Source of the DNA: Candidatus Hodarchaeota archaeon
GTDB taxonomy: Archaea; Asgardarchaeota; Lokiarchaeia; Sigyniarchaeales; SOKP01
Length of the DNA stretch: 64,000 bases
Assembly (NCBI GenBank): GCA_048887165.1
Contig: JBHLJZ010000003.1
Span: 30,311-94,310, forward strand
Direction: 5' to 3'
In this document: piece after piece, positions 28,946 to 40,296 of the stretch
How positions within the stretch are numbered: the stretch's first letter is position 1
Layout of the letters: every line of letters begins with the position of its first letter
Position numbers and translations under genes: made by a program
The notes under the pieces: generated by a model
Told to the model about the DNA's origin: nothing
The model's input: only the letters and a program-made list of their open reading frames with translations
Databases searched by the model: none

Positions 28946-30934
28946 ATGTCAAATATAAAAACGATGAATAAAATTTCTTACTTGAATTTTTTTCCTTATG
29001 ATCAATTCAGAACAGAACAAGAAGATATTATTAAACAACTTGAAAATGCTTCAAAAGAAAGAAAAAATATCTTATTAAGTGCACCCAACGGTACCGGAAA
29101 GACCATAATGGCATTAAGCGCTTTACTCCCCCTAGCGCTAGAAAAAGATCTTAAGATAATCTACATGTGTCGTACACATACGCAAAATACTAGAATTATT
29201 AAAGAATTAAATAAAATCTCTAATTTAATTGCTGGTAATAAGTTAAATTTTAAAGTAAATGGATTATCAATAAGAGGACGAAATGAGATGTGTCTTAATT
29301 CCACTCTCCTTTCTTTAAAATTAAATCCTAAAGAATCAATGTCAGTTTGCAGTGATTTAAGAAAAAATCGAAATTGTTTATATTTCCTTAACTTATTAAA
29401 GCAGAAAGACAAATATGAAAATCCTATATTAATAGCACCAGAAATTTTTGATAAACCTGTTGATGCAGAAGATTTAATAAATTTTTGCAATCAAAAAAAA
29501 ATATGCCCATACTTTTTAAGTAAATATCTCTTAGCAGGTATGAGATTAATAATATGTAATTATCAATGGATATTCAATCCTTTTATAAGAGAAAACTTCC
29601 TTATGTTCATTGGTAAAGAACTTGAAGATTGTATTTTTGTAATCGACGAATGCCATAACGCGATTGATATTGCTACAGATGTCAATTCAGAAAGGCTTAC
29701 TCCTTATTCCTTAAGACTTTGTTTAAGAGATTTAGAAATGTACCGATCTCCCATTTTAATGCAAAGTTTTATCAAAATTTTACTAAATCATCTAGCAAAG
29801 AAGAAAAGTAATATGAGAATACAAGAGAAAAGTCTAAATTCTGAGTCTTTTTTGGAACAATTATACAAGAAATTAGGTTTTTTAGATTTGAGACAATTTA
29901 GGAATTTTATTACTGAATTACAAGATTTTGGTGCATCAATCCATGAAGAAAGAATATCAAAGGGAGAGATTTCAAGAGATTACATAGTCTCATTAACAGA
30001 ATTTTGGCTAAAATGGATTAGTACTTATAATTTAGATAGTTATTTCTTTTCATATAATATTAATGAAAATAAGAGAAAAAGAACTATTTCAATGGAAATC
30101 ATTGCTTTAGATCCAAGAGAAATTACTATACCTATATTAAAAAGTTGTTATACTAGTATCCATTTATCTGGAACCGTAAATCCATATGTTTATAATAATT
30201 TAATTGGATTAAATGAAAGTGGGAAAAAATATTTAGGTATAATAGCAAAATCTCCATTTTATAAGGAAAATATTAAGGCACTTATTACTGAGGGTGTAGA
30301 TACAAGGAGGGAAAATCGAACAAATGAAACATTTAAAAAGATGATTTCAAAAATCGAAGAAGTTATTAACTGTACACCCGCTAATGTCGCTGTTTTTTGC
30401 GCATCGTATAAAATCTTAAAATCTCTTCTTTCGAATGGTTTTGAATCAATTGTACAAAAAAACAATAAAAAATTATTTATTGAACAACCAGGGTTATCTG
30501 CTTCTGAAAATGCGATGCTTATTGAAAATTATAAATTGACATCTAAAAGTAGTGGAGCTGTATTATTAGGAGTTTGTGGAGGAAGAAATTCTGAAGGCGA
30601 AGATTATCCTGGAGATTTTATGAATTCTGTTATTATAGCTGGATTTCCCTATCATTTACCTACGCCTCGTGTAGAGGCAAAAATTAAATATTATGACACG
30701 GTTTTCAATAAGCAAGGTTGGGATTTCGCGTATTTATACCCTGCTATACAAAGAGCGAATCAAGCATCGGGAAGACCAATTAGAAAAATAAAAGATAAAG
30801 GGGCGATAATTTTCATGGACGCACGATTCAAACAAAAATTTAAATGGATATCTGATTGGATTAAAGAAGAAATTGAAATCGTCCCAGATAAAAAAGGCAC
30901 TTTGACTCAATATCTTTATCCTTTTTGGCATTAA
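28946..30934 (+). CDS. xpd: XPD/Rad3 family Fe-S DNA helicase
   Basis: Q motif FPYDQFRTEQ, APNGTGKT, Fe-S cysteines, DECH, SGT, SEG, QASGRPIR. Confidence 0.92.
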   Translation: MSNIKTMNKISYLNFFPYDQFRTEQEDIIKQLENASKERKNILLSAPNGTGKTIMALSALLPLALEKDLKIIYMCRTHTQNTRIIKELNKISNLIAGNKLNFKVNGLSIRGRNEMCLNSTLLSLKLNPKESMSVCSDLRKNRNCLYFLNLLKQKDKYENPILIAPEIFDKPVDAEDLINFCNQKKICPYFLSKYLLAGMRLIICNYQWIFNPFIRENFLMFIGKELEDCIFVIDECHNAIDIATDVNSERLTPYSLRLCLRDLEMYRSPILMQSFIKILLNHLAKKKSNMRIQEKSLNSESFLEQLYKKLGFLDLRQFRNFITELQDFGASIHEERISKGEISRDYIVSLTEFWLKWISTYNLDSYFFSYNINENKRKRTISMEIIALDPREITIPILKSCYTSIHLSGTVNPYVYNNLIGLNESGKKYLGIIAKSPFYKENIKALITEGVDTRRENRTNETFKKMISKIEEVINCTPANVAVFCASYKILKSLLSNGFESIVQKNNKKLFIEQPGLSASENAMLIENYKLTSKSSGAVLLGVCGGRNSEGEDYPGDFMNSVIIAGFPYHLPTPRVEAKIKYYDTVFNKQGWDFAYLYPAIQRANQASGRPIRKIKDKGAIIFMDARFKQKFKWISDWIKEEIEIVPDKKGTLTQYLYPFWH

Positions 30935-30942
30935 TTTATTAG

Positions 30943-32109
30943 TCAGTCCTTTAATTTGAATTTAAGTGAAATACTTAATACAGAAACTATGGGGAATACA
31001 ATCATTGGTATTCCAACAATATAATAATTGGGATTGAAAGTTAATAATAGACTAAAAAATAGACCTCCTATGAAACTACCTAAATAAAAACTTGAGTTTG
31101 CATAACCAATGTATTTTCCTTTATTAATTGGCGTAGTTTTTTGAGCAATATAGATAACAGATGCATTCCAAAACATAGCATAAGAGAAAGAAATAATGAT
31201 TTGGAAAATTAGAAATCCGAAGAAATCTATTGAAATTAAATATCCTAATATTGTAATAGTACTCAGTAGGTATCCAATTATCATTATAATTTTTAAATTA
31301 TTTCTGTTAATAAATCTGCCAATAATTAATGTTAAAACAATTTGAATTAGTGGATTTACTCCTATAAGAAATCCAATTTCGGTATTACTTGTCAAATGAA
31401 AAGCCATTAAAAGAACTAGAACCGAAATAATAGGACGGAGTCCAAAATTACGAAAAAATAACGCAATATATATGGATCCAGAGATTGGAGTTCTTTTTAC
31501 TCCTCTTTCAAATTCTTTTAAAGATTCAATATTTTTATCATTATGTCTCTCAATTATAATATCTCTGTTCTCTTTTAAAAATAATATTAAAAATATGTTT
31601 ATTAATGAAATCCAAAAGAAAAATTGGAAAATATTGTTTACACTATAGATTTCAATAAATATGCCACCAAATTGAGCTCCAATGAACCATCCAACTACAA
31701 CCATCGAATTTAGATATGTTATATAATGAGGATCATTTTCAACTATTTCTTGAAATAAAATAGCAATCATCCCATAACATGAGTTTGAAAAGCCATAAAG
31801 GAATAAAAAAATGGTTATAAAAATTAGATTTCGAAAGAAAATCAATAAAAAAAATGTTAAAACAATTCCAATTGTTCCAGATATAACAAAGTAAAATCTA
31901 TTTTGGAATTTATCAGAAATTCTGCCTATAAAAGGAGGAAATAAAAAAGCTGTTAATGGTAAAATTGAAATGATTAATTGGATTATACTTTTATCTGTTC
32001 CAATGCTTACTAGATAAGGTGGTAAATAAGAATATATTGCCATACCAACAGTATTAGATATTATGATAGAAGCTAGAATAAGAATAACAGCTCTTTTAGA
32101 AATAATCAA
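30943..32109 (-). CDS. MFS transporter
   Basis: 12 TM; motif A GRISDKFQNR. Confidence 0.88.
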   Translation of the reverse strand: MIISKRAVILILASIIISNTVGMAIYSYLPPYLVSIGTDKSIIQLIISILPLTAFLFPPFIGRISDKFQNRFYFVISGTIGIVLTFFLLIFFRNLIFITIFLFLYGFSNSCYGMIAILFQEIVENDPHYITYLNSMVVVGWFIGAQFGGIFIEIYSVNNIFQFFFWISLINIFLILFLKENRDIIIERHNDKNIESLKEFERGVKRTPISGSIYIALFFRNFGLRPIISVLVLLMAFHLTSNTEIGFLIGVNPLIQIVLTLIIGRFINRNNLKIIMIIGYLLSTITILGYLISIDFFGFLIFQIIISFSYAMFWNASVIYIAQKTTPINKGKYIGYANSSFYLGSFIGGLFFSLLLTFNPNYYIVGIPMIVFPIVSVLSISLKFKLKD

Positions 32110-32123
32110 AATTTAACCTCTAA

Positions 32124-33935
32124 TTAAAATTTTGAGCGCAATCGTTGAACATTAGAATATAATTCTATTAATTTTTTAGTTACAATGTTCCAAGTAAAGT
32201 GATTTTTTACTCTTTTATAACAGTTTTCTCTAATTTTATAATAATAATCATAATCTATTAACACCCGGGATTTTATAATTTCATCTGGAATTTGATTTAT
32301 GTTATTCAAAATCTCTGCCTCATAAATTGAATGCTGGTTAGACTTACTAACAATATTTGCTACTTCTTCTGATTTGAAGAGAGAAATCAACGCATCTGCG
32401 AATTCTTTAGGATTATCTTTTTCTATTAAAATACCTGTTCCAATTTCTGGAAAAATTCTCATATCAACAACAGTCTCTTGTAATCCTCCTACTTTTGTAG
32501 CGATTATAGGTATCTTTGAAGCCATAGCTTCTAGTGCCATTATACCGAACGGTTCCCATCTGGATAAAGCACAATATACGTCAGCGGCAATATGGGCTAA
32601 GTAAAATATATCTGATGCTACACCGAATATGATTCTAATATTTTCTGGATACTTTTTTACAAATTGTGCATAGTTTTTAATCTCATCTAAACTATAATCA
32701 GTTGGTAATATTAAAAGCAAAAATTTCGCATTAGGCACTACTTTAATTACATCTGGTAATGCTTTAAAAATTACATCAAATCCTTTCTGAGGAGAAATTC
32801 TACCAGTACTAATTACCAGTGGTCCAGAATCAGAAAAAGCTTTTATATTTCCATTTTTTATGAAAGGATTCCCATTTGAAATTTCATTAATTATATCAAG
32901 AATTTTCTGAGAATTAATCAATGGACTCTGACTCAAATGTCCCATCTTATATTCTAATAGGTATCGTTTCATATCTTCTCTTTTAATCGGTGTATCATGT
33001 GAAATTCCTAATATATTATGCATTTCTTCTTCATGAGTTTCAAACACTCCATTATATATTTGAAAATAATCCCAGTCACACCCATCCCATACAAAATCAG
33101 CTTTAAATTCAATTAAATCTTGCCCACAATTAGGTATGATGTCAGATATTAAATAAGATTCACTGACAGTAGTCACTAAATCACAAACTATTGCTCCAAT
33201 TATCTCTACAGTTGGTGGTTTATAATCTTGATCTAGAGCATTTGATTTCAAAGCTAATGAAAAAATTTCCTTTATTGTTAATGATATAAATCCCTTTTTT
33301 TGAAGAATTTTAATAGGGGTATTATCAATACTACAAGCTCTATAAAAGTCAAGATTAAATCTTGGCCAAGTTAACAAATGAAGTGTAATTAATGATGGAA
33401 TGTCTAAATTGTTTTTTGCTAACTTTTGTTTCATTACAATAAAGGGTAAAACTACATGATAATCATGTAAGTGGACAACATTAGCTAAGTCTTCTTTCCT
33501 ATTATCTAATAGATACTCTATGAAACCACTTATTCCAAGACTGAATAAACATATTTTTCCATTTATTGTATTGGGATTGTAGACATTTATATCATCTAAA
33601 AGTTTACGAGTAAAACTATTTTCTCCTGAAAGTAAGATTATCTGTACATTTTTAATTTTAAATTTGTAAAATGAAATATTATAACTCGTTTCTGAATCCA
33701 TCATCTCAAATATTGATGGATTTACTTGACCTATAGAATTAAAAGGAAGTTTCTCCCATTCTAGGTTTTTTTTTAATTTTTCAATTTGACCGTGCGAAGG
33801 CATAAATACAGTAATATCATATTGGTTTTTCAAATTAACAGCTTGGTTTGCTGGTACTTCACCAAGTCCACCTACCTTAGCAACACCCGCATACTCAAAA
33901 GTAAAAATCCATAATTTTTTTTTATCTACTTTCAA
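32124..33935 (-). CDS. glgA: Glycogen/starch synthase (GT5)
   Basis: KVGGLG, HLHDYH, TVS, GRISPQKG, SRWEPFGIMALEAM, VGGL. Confidence 0.88.
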   Translation of the reverse strand: MKVDKKKLWIFTFEYAGVAKVGGLGEVPANQAVNLKNQYDITVFMPSHGQIEKLKKNLEWEKLPFNSIGQVNPSIFEMMDSETSYNISFYKFKIKNVQIILLSGENSFTRKLLDDINVYNPNTINGKICLFSLGISGFIEYLLDNRKEDLANVVHLHDYHVVLPFIVMKQKLAKNNLDIPSLITLHLLTWPRFNLDFYRACSIDNTPIKILQKKGFISLTIKEIFSLALKSNALDQDYKPPTVEIIGAIVCDLVTTVSESYLISDIIPNCGQDLIEFKADFVWDGCDWDYFQIYNGVFETHEEEMHNILGISHDTPIKREDMKRYLLEYKMGHLSQSPLINSQKILDIINEISNGNPFIKNGNIKAFSDSGPLVISTGRISPQKGFDVIFKALPDVIKVVPNAKFLLLILPTDYSLDEIKNYAQFVKKYPENIRIIFGVASDIFYLAHIAADVYCALSRWEPFGIMALEAMASKIPIIATKVGGLQETVVDMRIFPEIGTGILIEKDNPKEFADALISLFKSEEVANIVSKSNQHSIYEAEILNNINQIPDEIIKSRVLIDYDYYYKIRENCYKRVKNHFTWNIVTKKLIELYSNVQRLRSKF

Positions 33936-34105
33936 AATCTCTCAGACTTTCATTAAAATCGGTAAAATCTCGAAATCTTATTTTTTCTGAACAACTACTT
34001 ATTATAACATTTCTAAAATCTTTAAATATTAATTCTTTTAAAATATAATTAAAATTTGTGCTTGTCTGATTCAAATACGACAAAAATCTTTGAAACAAAT
34101 GATTT

Positions 34106-35755
34106 TTATTTATGTCTTAAAATTTTACCATTTAATTTTCCAGTATGTTTGCCGTTGGAAAGAGTGATTTGCCCATTTACTATAACGAAATCTATTCCCT
34201 CTGGAAATTTTTTACCTTCATTTAAAGTACCTTTATCTTTAATAATTTCTGGATCAAATATTACTAAATCTGCTTTATTACCTTCTTTTATTAATCCTCT
34301 ATTATTTAATCCTAAGATTGAAGCCGGTAAAGATGTCATTTTTCTTATCATTTCCTCTAAAGTTAGAATTTTGTTTTCTCTTACCCAACGAGCAATAACT
34401 CTTGCAAATGCGTTATATGTACGTGGATGAGTATTTCCATCCAAAATTTCTACAGCGTCAGAGCTTGGGCATACGTACCTTTCTTTAAAAAGAGGAATCA
34501 TACTTTTCTCTTCATTTTTCTGCAGAATTCTTATCATTATTCCTCCCTCTTCGTCCAGAAAATAATCCAATAAAGCATCTTCCAAGTTTTTTCCTGGATA
34601 TAATGTTGTCAAAGCATCATATAATGTTTTTCCCTCTACATCATGATTATTTAACGCGTGAATTATGGTGACCCTCTTACTTAAGCTAGGTATTATCTTT
34701 TTTCTAAGAAGAAATTTAGGTATTAATTTCATCGATAATGGAGCATCTGCGAGAAACATGGAATATAGTTTATTAAAAATTTCTTTTTTAATCTTTTTTC
34801 TTGTTTCTGGATTACTTAAATTACTTTTAAAGTCGGAATATACCCATGTAGGTAATAGAACAAAAGATAAACTTGTAAAAGCGTCATCATAGACCGTTAT
34901 ATCTGCAGTTATTTTTAAACCTTCATTTCGTGCTCTATTAACTAGATTAATTGCTTTTTTAGTTAATTCCTCATATTTGTATCTACTAATGGCACTCCAA
35001 TGAGAGATATGAGCATGAATATTTGCTTCATTTGCAATTCTTATCAATTCAGCCATTCCAATATCTACAACGCCAGCACCCTCGTTTCTCATATGAGAAT
35101 CATAAAACCCACCATATTCGCTTACAACTTTAGCAAGCTCAATTAACTCTTCTGTAGAAGTCGATGATCCTGGCGGATAAACAAGTCCAGTTGATAAACC
35201 AAAGGCTCCTGCTTCCATATTTTCTCGTATAATTTGCCTCATTTGATTTAATTCTTCTTCATTAGCACGACGCGTTTCTGTTCCTAAAATACAAGCACGA
35301 ATATTTCCTTGAGGAATCATAAAAGCAAGGTTAACAGAAATTCCCTTCTTTTCAATTGCGTAAAAAAGATTTTCAAAATTTCTATAAAGATCTGGAGACG
35401 AACAAAATGCTTTATTAACAAAATTTGAATAATATAGCTTAACTTTATCGTTTGCTGGCGCAATACCTATTCCACACACCCCTACCAATAATGTTGTCAT
35501 TCCCTGACAGATATAAGCTTCTGCTTTATTCGCATCATGTATAGTTAAATCAGCATGATTATGAATATCGATAAAACCAGGAGATACTACTTTATTTGAA
35601 GCATCTATTAATTTATTATCACCAATTTCTATATTTGATTCGATTTTTATAATTTTATCCTCTTTAATTAACACATCTGATTTAAAACTGGGAGATCCCG
35701 TACCATCAACTATTGTTCCATTTTTAATTAAAATATCCATAAATGTCAACCACAC
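34106..35755 (-). CDS. N-acyl-D-amino-acid deacylase (amidohydrolase)
   Basis: PGFIDIHNH, GVCG, GLSTGLVYPPG, SHMRNE, HISH, SSD, HPR, KMTSLPA. Confidence 0.88.
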   Translation of the reverse strand: MWLTFMDILIKNGTIVDGTGSPSFKSDVLIKEDKIIKIESNIEIGDNKLIDASNKVVSPGFIDIHNHADLTIHDANKAEAYICQGMTTLLVGVCGIGIAPANDKVKLYYSNFVNKAFCSSPDLYRNFENLFYAIEKKGISVNLAFMIPQGNIRACILGTETRRANEEELNQMRQIIRENMEAGAFGLSTGLVYPPGSSTSTEELIELAKVVSEYGGFYDSHMRNEGAGVVDIGMAELIRIANEANIHAHISHWSAISRYKYEELTKKAINLVNRARNEGLKITADITVYDDAFTSLSFVLLPTWVYSDFKSNLSNPETRKKIKKEIFNKLYSMFLADAPLSMKLIPKFLLRKKIIPSLSKRVTIIHALNNHDVEGKTLYDALTTLYPGKNLEDALLDYFLDEEGGIMIRILQKNEEKSMIPLFKERYVCPSSDAVEILDGNTHPRTYNAFARVIARWVRENKILTLEEMIRKMTSLPASILGLNNRGLIKEGNKADLVIFDPEIIKDKGTLNEGKKFPEGIDFVIVNGQITLSNGKHTGKLNGKILRHK

Positions 35756-35892
35756 TTAAAAATAAATGCTATTTGGAATTGAAAATTCATTATTTTATTT
35801 TAATTATATTTTTATTAAATCAAATAATCAAAGTTTTGTAATAGATTAAATAATATTTAATACAACTTAGATTAGAAATTGGGTAATATGTT

Positions 35893-37098
35893 ATGTGTGA
35901 TACTTATGTTAGTTTAACACAATCTTCTAAAGATGGTAATGTTGTATTCGGGAAAAATAGCGATCGATTAGAATCTGAAGCTCAATTAATTGCATATGCA
36001 CCACGGAAATCATATCCAAAAGATGATCAACTAAACTGTACATATCTTTCAATACCACAAGTCAGAGAAACTGCAGCAATCATCATATCCCAACCGTATT
36101 GGATGTGGGGTGCAGAAATGGGCGTAAACGAATATGGAGTAGCTATAGGAAATGAAGCAGTTCCAACAAAAGAACCATTAAATGAAACAGGTTTACTTGG
36201 TATGGATCTTTTAAGATTAGGGCTTGAACGTGGAAATTCAGCAAAAAAAGCATTGCAAGTGATAACTGATTTGTTAGAACGATATGGACAAGGGGGGGCT
36301 CATAATAAGAAGGGATTAAATTACCATAACTCTTATTTAATTACTGATTCAAAAGAAGCATATCTCTTGGAAACTGCTGGTGAATGGTGGATTGTCGAAA
36401 TAGTTAAGGATCAACGTTCAATCTCAAATCATATTTCTATTAGAGGTAAAGGAGATTTGAGGCGAGAAGGTATTATAGAACATGCTATTGAGAAAAATTA
36501 CTGTAAAGATGATGATGATTTTGATTTCAAATTAATTTTTTCTCCTTCTTCATTACCAGAAGTATTCCCTCTCACTGAAAGAGATGGGTGTTCACTTAAT
36601 CAATTAAAATCAAATAAAGGAAAAATATCCCCTTCTTTAATGATGGATTTCTTAAGAGAACATGAAGTTGGAATATGTTTACACCTTCGTTATGATCAAT
36701 CTGTAGGCTCTCAAGTCTCTCTCATAAGAAAGGATCAAAAGAAATCTATTCACTGGTTCACTGGTAGCACAATTCCATGCTTGGGTATTTTCAAACCATA
36801 TTCATTTCCTGTAGACGGGCAAATAATAATGGAAACAGGTCCATATTTAAATATTAATGAAGACTGGTTTTGGAGTAGACATGCTAATTTTATTAAGCAT
36901 CTTAAGAAAAAACCCAAAATAGATAATCCTGAAAGAAACTCTTATTATGAAAAAATCAGAGCAATTGAGAGAGAATTACTTCAAAGGGTTGACAATGTTT
37001 TAAAACAAGAAGATTCTATTGGAGAAACTGAATTCGTGAAAAAGATTACAGAAATAAATAATTATGGTTGGAAAAAGTCTGAAGAGATGATTACATAA
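35893..37098 (+). CDS. Secernin-like peptidase C69 (Ntn hydrolase), copy 1
   Basis: MCDT, FGKNSDR, WMWGAEMGVNE, IGNEA, LLGMDLLRLGLERG. Confidence 0.9.
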   Translation: MCDTYVSLTQSSKDGNVVFGKNSDRLESEAQLIAYAPRKSYPKDDQLNCTYLSIPQVRETAAIIISQPYWMWGAEMGVNEYGVAIGNEAVPTKEPLNETGLLGMDLLRLGLERGNSAKKALQVITDLLERYGQGGAHNKKGLNYHNSYLITDSKEAYLLETAGEWWIVEIVKDQRSISNHISIRGKGDLRREGIIEHAIEKNYCKDDDDFDFKLIFSPSSLPEVFPLTERDGCSLNQLKSNKGKISPSLMMDFLREHEVGICLHLRYDQSVGSQVSLIRKDQKKSIHWFTGSTIPCLGIFKPYSFPVDGQIIMETGPYLNINEDWFWSRHANFIKHLKKKPKIDNPERNSYYEKIRAIERELLQRVDNVLKQEDSIGETEFVKKITEINNYGWKKSEEMIT

Positions 37099-38289
37099 GT
37101 GTGTGATACTTTTGTAGCATTAAGTAATTCTACAAAAGATGGAACTGTTATTTTTGGAAAGAATAGTGATAGACCTAATAATGAAATACAATTAATAACC
37201 TATGCTCCACGAATCAAGCACTTTAGCAATGAAGAATTAAAATGTACTTACATATCCATACCTCAAGTTTCAAACACAAATGCTATATTATTAAGTCAAC
37301 CTTTTTGGATGTGGGGCGCTGAAATGGGAGCAAATGAATTTGGAGTAGTTATTGGAAACGAGGCTGTTTATACTCATGAACCAATCAGAAATATAGGACT
37401 ATTGGGCATGGATTTATTAAGATTAGCTCTTGAAAGAGGAAAAAATGCAGATGAAGCATTTCATGTCATAACTAATTTATTAGAAACATATCACCAAGGA
37501 GGAGGTTGTGCTTATAATGATCCTAGTTGGAGTTATCATAATTCTTTCCTAATTGCTGATAATAAAAAAGCATATGTATTAGAGACTGCAGACGATTGGT
37601 GGATCGCTGAAAAAGTAAAGGACGTTAGATCTATATCAAATAGTCTATCAATAAGAGGTAAAGGAGAACTTAGAAAAAAGGGGATAATAGAATACGCGAT
37701 TAATAGAGATTTTTGTAGGGATGATTCTGATTTCGATTTTGCAGTTACTTTCTCAGGAAATATGATACCTTATAAGCCTTCACCATTTTCCCGAGCAGGT
37801 AAATCTATTATTCTATTGAACCAAAATAAAGGAAAAATAACACCTAAAAAAATGATGGCATTTTTAAGGGAACATGAAGCAGGTATTTGTATGCATGGTG
37901 GATTTGAATCAACTGGTTCTCAAGTGTCTCACTTAAACACCAATCTTGATTGTTCTGTTCATTGGTTTACAGGAAGTACTCTTCCATGTTTAAGCAATTT
38001 TAAACCATATATTTTTCCTACTGATGATTTTCATATACTGAAACCAGCCCCTTACTCTCAAATTAATAAAGAATGGTATTGGGTTAAACATAATAACTTT
38101 ATTAAAGCTTCTAATTACAAATTAAACCAAAAGTATATTGCTGAATTGAAAAATATTGAACTTAACACTTTAAAAGATGTCAATGAAACTATTCAATATA
38201 ATTGTGGACAAAATAAAGAACAATTTCAATATCATTTAAAAGAGATACATAAAAAAAATCATGAAAAATCAATAAAAATTATTGAATAA
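37099..38289 (+). CDS. Secernin-like peptidase C69 (Ntn hydrolase), copy 2
   Basis: GTG start MCDTFV with the same motifs as copy 1; tandem paralog. Confidence 0.9.
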   Translation: MCDTFVALSNSTKDGTVIFGKNSDRPNNEIQLITYAPRIKHFSNEELKCTYISIPQVSNTNAILLSQPFWMWGAEMGANEFGVVIGNEAVYTHEPIRNIGLLGMDLLRLALERGKNADEAFHVITNLLETYHQGGGCAYNDPSWSYHNSFLIADNKKAYVLETADDWWIAEKVKDVRSISNSLSIRGKGELRKKGIIEYAINRDFCRDDSDFDFAVTFSGNMIPYKPSPFSRAGKSIILLNQNKGKITPKKMMAFLREHEAGICMHGGFESTGSQVSHLNTNLDCSVHWFTGSTLPCLSNFKPYIFPTDDFHILKPAPYSQINKEWYWVKHNNFIKASNYKLNQKYIAELKNIELNTLKDVNETIQYNCGQNKEQFQYHLKEIHKKNHEKSIKIIE

Positions 38290-38300
38290 AATAGTTCAAT

Positions 38301-39695
38301 TTAATTACTTTCTTTCATTAAATTGAGCATTTCTCTCTCAACATAATATCCACATAGAGGGCTAAAACTTGGAGTAACCTCATAACCTCCTTCTTCAATA
38401 TATTCTTGTAATGTGAACAAATATGCAATCCAATCTTGTGCATTTTGAAATATAAATGTATTTTTACTAGTTGTTACTGACTTTTTAAACAATTTATTTC
38501 CAATGGATTCAAATAACTCTCCAGGGACAGTTAATATACTAAGCCTTTTCTCAGATAAATTGGATTTCGCTTGAATTATAACATATTGAATAATAGTTTT
38601 ACATTTATAGTTTATAAAGCGATATTTAAATTGAAAAATTGGAAAGTTCGAGTTAACTAATTGATATTTTGCAACATTTAAAAGTAAAAGTTTCTTAATA
38701 GCTTGAACTAATTTATTTGTAAACCATTTTTTCGAGAAATATCTAGCATCCTTCATAGGAATCCAAAACTCTTTTGAGAGAATTTTAACTTTCATAGAAT
38801 TATAGAACTCTTTATCAGAGATAGAATTAACTAATTTTAAGACTTCTTCTGCAATAGCACAACCTATTTTCTTTGTATGCTCATATGTACCTAATTGATC
38901 ATACATTTGATTTCTACCTGAATCCTGGTCACTATCACTTCCATAAGTAGTAACTGGATTAAGATCGCCTGATGGCCCATTAAAATAGATCACTTTCATT
39001 TCTCCATTGGTTAATTCTGTTACACGATGATATATGCGCCCAGGATAATCTGCTGACAATTTATTGTTTAAATAAGAAAGAGTTGTAGGATGACAAGCGT
39101 AATTGATTATACAACCAATTATTCTGTTTGCTTCCATATTTTTAAAGACTATTACACCTAAATCTGGAATTGTATTTCTTTCTGGATGTCTTCTATTAAA
39201 GATAAGATTAGGATTAAATTCTTTCTTTTTCCATGAGAATTTACATAGTACAAGATTATTAAATAATTCATTAACCATTTTAACGATTCTATTTGTAAAC
39301 CATATTATATACTTATCATTTCTATTAGCTCCAAACATTATTCCACGTATTACATTTATTTTACCTCCAGGCCAGTAGAATTCGCCAGTTAAGTCAAAAG
39401 ATGCATGAGTATGCGTAGCGTGAATTATAATTTGTTCTTCTTTAATGGATGGGTGATTATACTTTATTTTTGCTTTAATATATTTTGTAATAGAAAGAGG
39501 TAATTTTAAAATATCTACTGAGATCAATAAAAGAAAATCACTATAATCTTTAGAAGATGAACCATCGATTAAAACACCATACGCGAAAATATCATCTAAC
39601 TTCCCCAGACAGGGATCTTTACGAGTATATCCTGCTAATGGTTTTCCAATATAATTTTTTGGAGTAATGTTTATATTGTTAAACGCAACTTTCAT
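38301..39695 (-). CDS. Neutral/alkaline ceramidase N-terminal-domain family amidase
   Basis: NITP, LAGY, ATHTHA, NYACHPT, LSADYPG, GPSGDLNP, VPGELF, GGYE. Confidence 0.78.
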   Translation of the reverse strand: MKVAFNNINITPKNYIGKPLAGYTRKDPCLGKLDDIFAYGVLIDGSSSKDYSDFLLLISVDILKLPLSITKYIKAKIKYNHPSIKEEQIIIHATHTHASFDLTGEFYWPGGKINVIRGIMFGANRNDKYIIWFTNRIVKMVNELFNNLVLCKFSWKKKEFNPNLIFNRRHPERNTIPDLGVIVFKNMEANRIIGCIINYACHPTTLSYLNNKLSADYPGRIYHRVTELTNGEMKVIYFNGPSGDLNPVTTYGSDSDQDSGRNQMYDQLGTYEHTKKIGCAIAEEVLKLVNSISDKEFYNSMKVKILSKEFWIPMKDARYFSKKWFTNKLVQAIKKLLLLNVAKYQLVNSNFPIFQFKYRFINYKCKTIIQYVIIQAKSNLSEKRLSILTVPGELFESIGNKLFKKSVTTSKNTFIFQNAQDWIAYLFTLQEYIEEGGYEVTPSFSPLCGYYVEREMLNLMKESN

Positions 39696-39840
39696 TAGAT
39701 TATATTATTTTGAATTTGTTCAAAAGTTTTACTTTTTTTAAATTTAGGATTTTTAGAGCTTTAATTGCGAAAATTTTTTATTTTTTTAAGTATTTTCCTT
39801 CTCAATATTATCATTACTTATTATTAAATAGTGTTCTCAT

Positions 39841-40134
39841 ATGTCATTGAATAAATTGAATATATTAGGCATGGAAGGAACAATCTCAAATTATAAAAGA
39901 GGACGTCACACAGTTCATCCTAAACACTGCATAATTGTTTTTCCAGATATTAAAACAAAAAAGGAAGCTAATAAATTAATTGGCAGGTTAATTGTTTGGA
40001 TGAGTTCAACAGGAAAAGAATTAAAGGGTACAATAACTCGTGCACATGGAAACAATGGTGCGGTAAGGGCTCACTTTAAAAAAGCAGGAGTTCCTGGACA
40101 AGCTCTTGGAACAAAGGTAAAAATCATAAAATAA
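39841..40134 (+). CDS. rpl35ae: 50S ribosomal protein L35Ae
   Basis: YKRG, GTITRAHGNNGAVRAHF, PGQALG. The start may be ATG 39871. Confidence 0.93.
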   Translation: MSLNKLNILGMEGTISNYKRGRHTVHPKHCIIVFPDIKTKKEANKLIGRLIVWMSSTGKELKGTITRAHGNNGAVRAHFKKAGVPGQALGTKVKIIK

Positions 40135-40296
40135 TTTAGCTATAATATTTTTTTATTTGGAATTTAAATTGCATTTTTAAAAATATTGCTTATATTTGGG
40201 ATTTCAGAGATAATACTTAAATAACATACTTATTGATATTTAAAAAACCCATCTAAATCTTTGATAAAGCGGTAATTTATTTTTTGATCAATTAAT

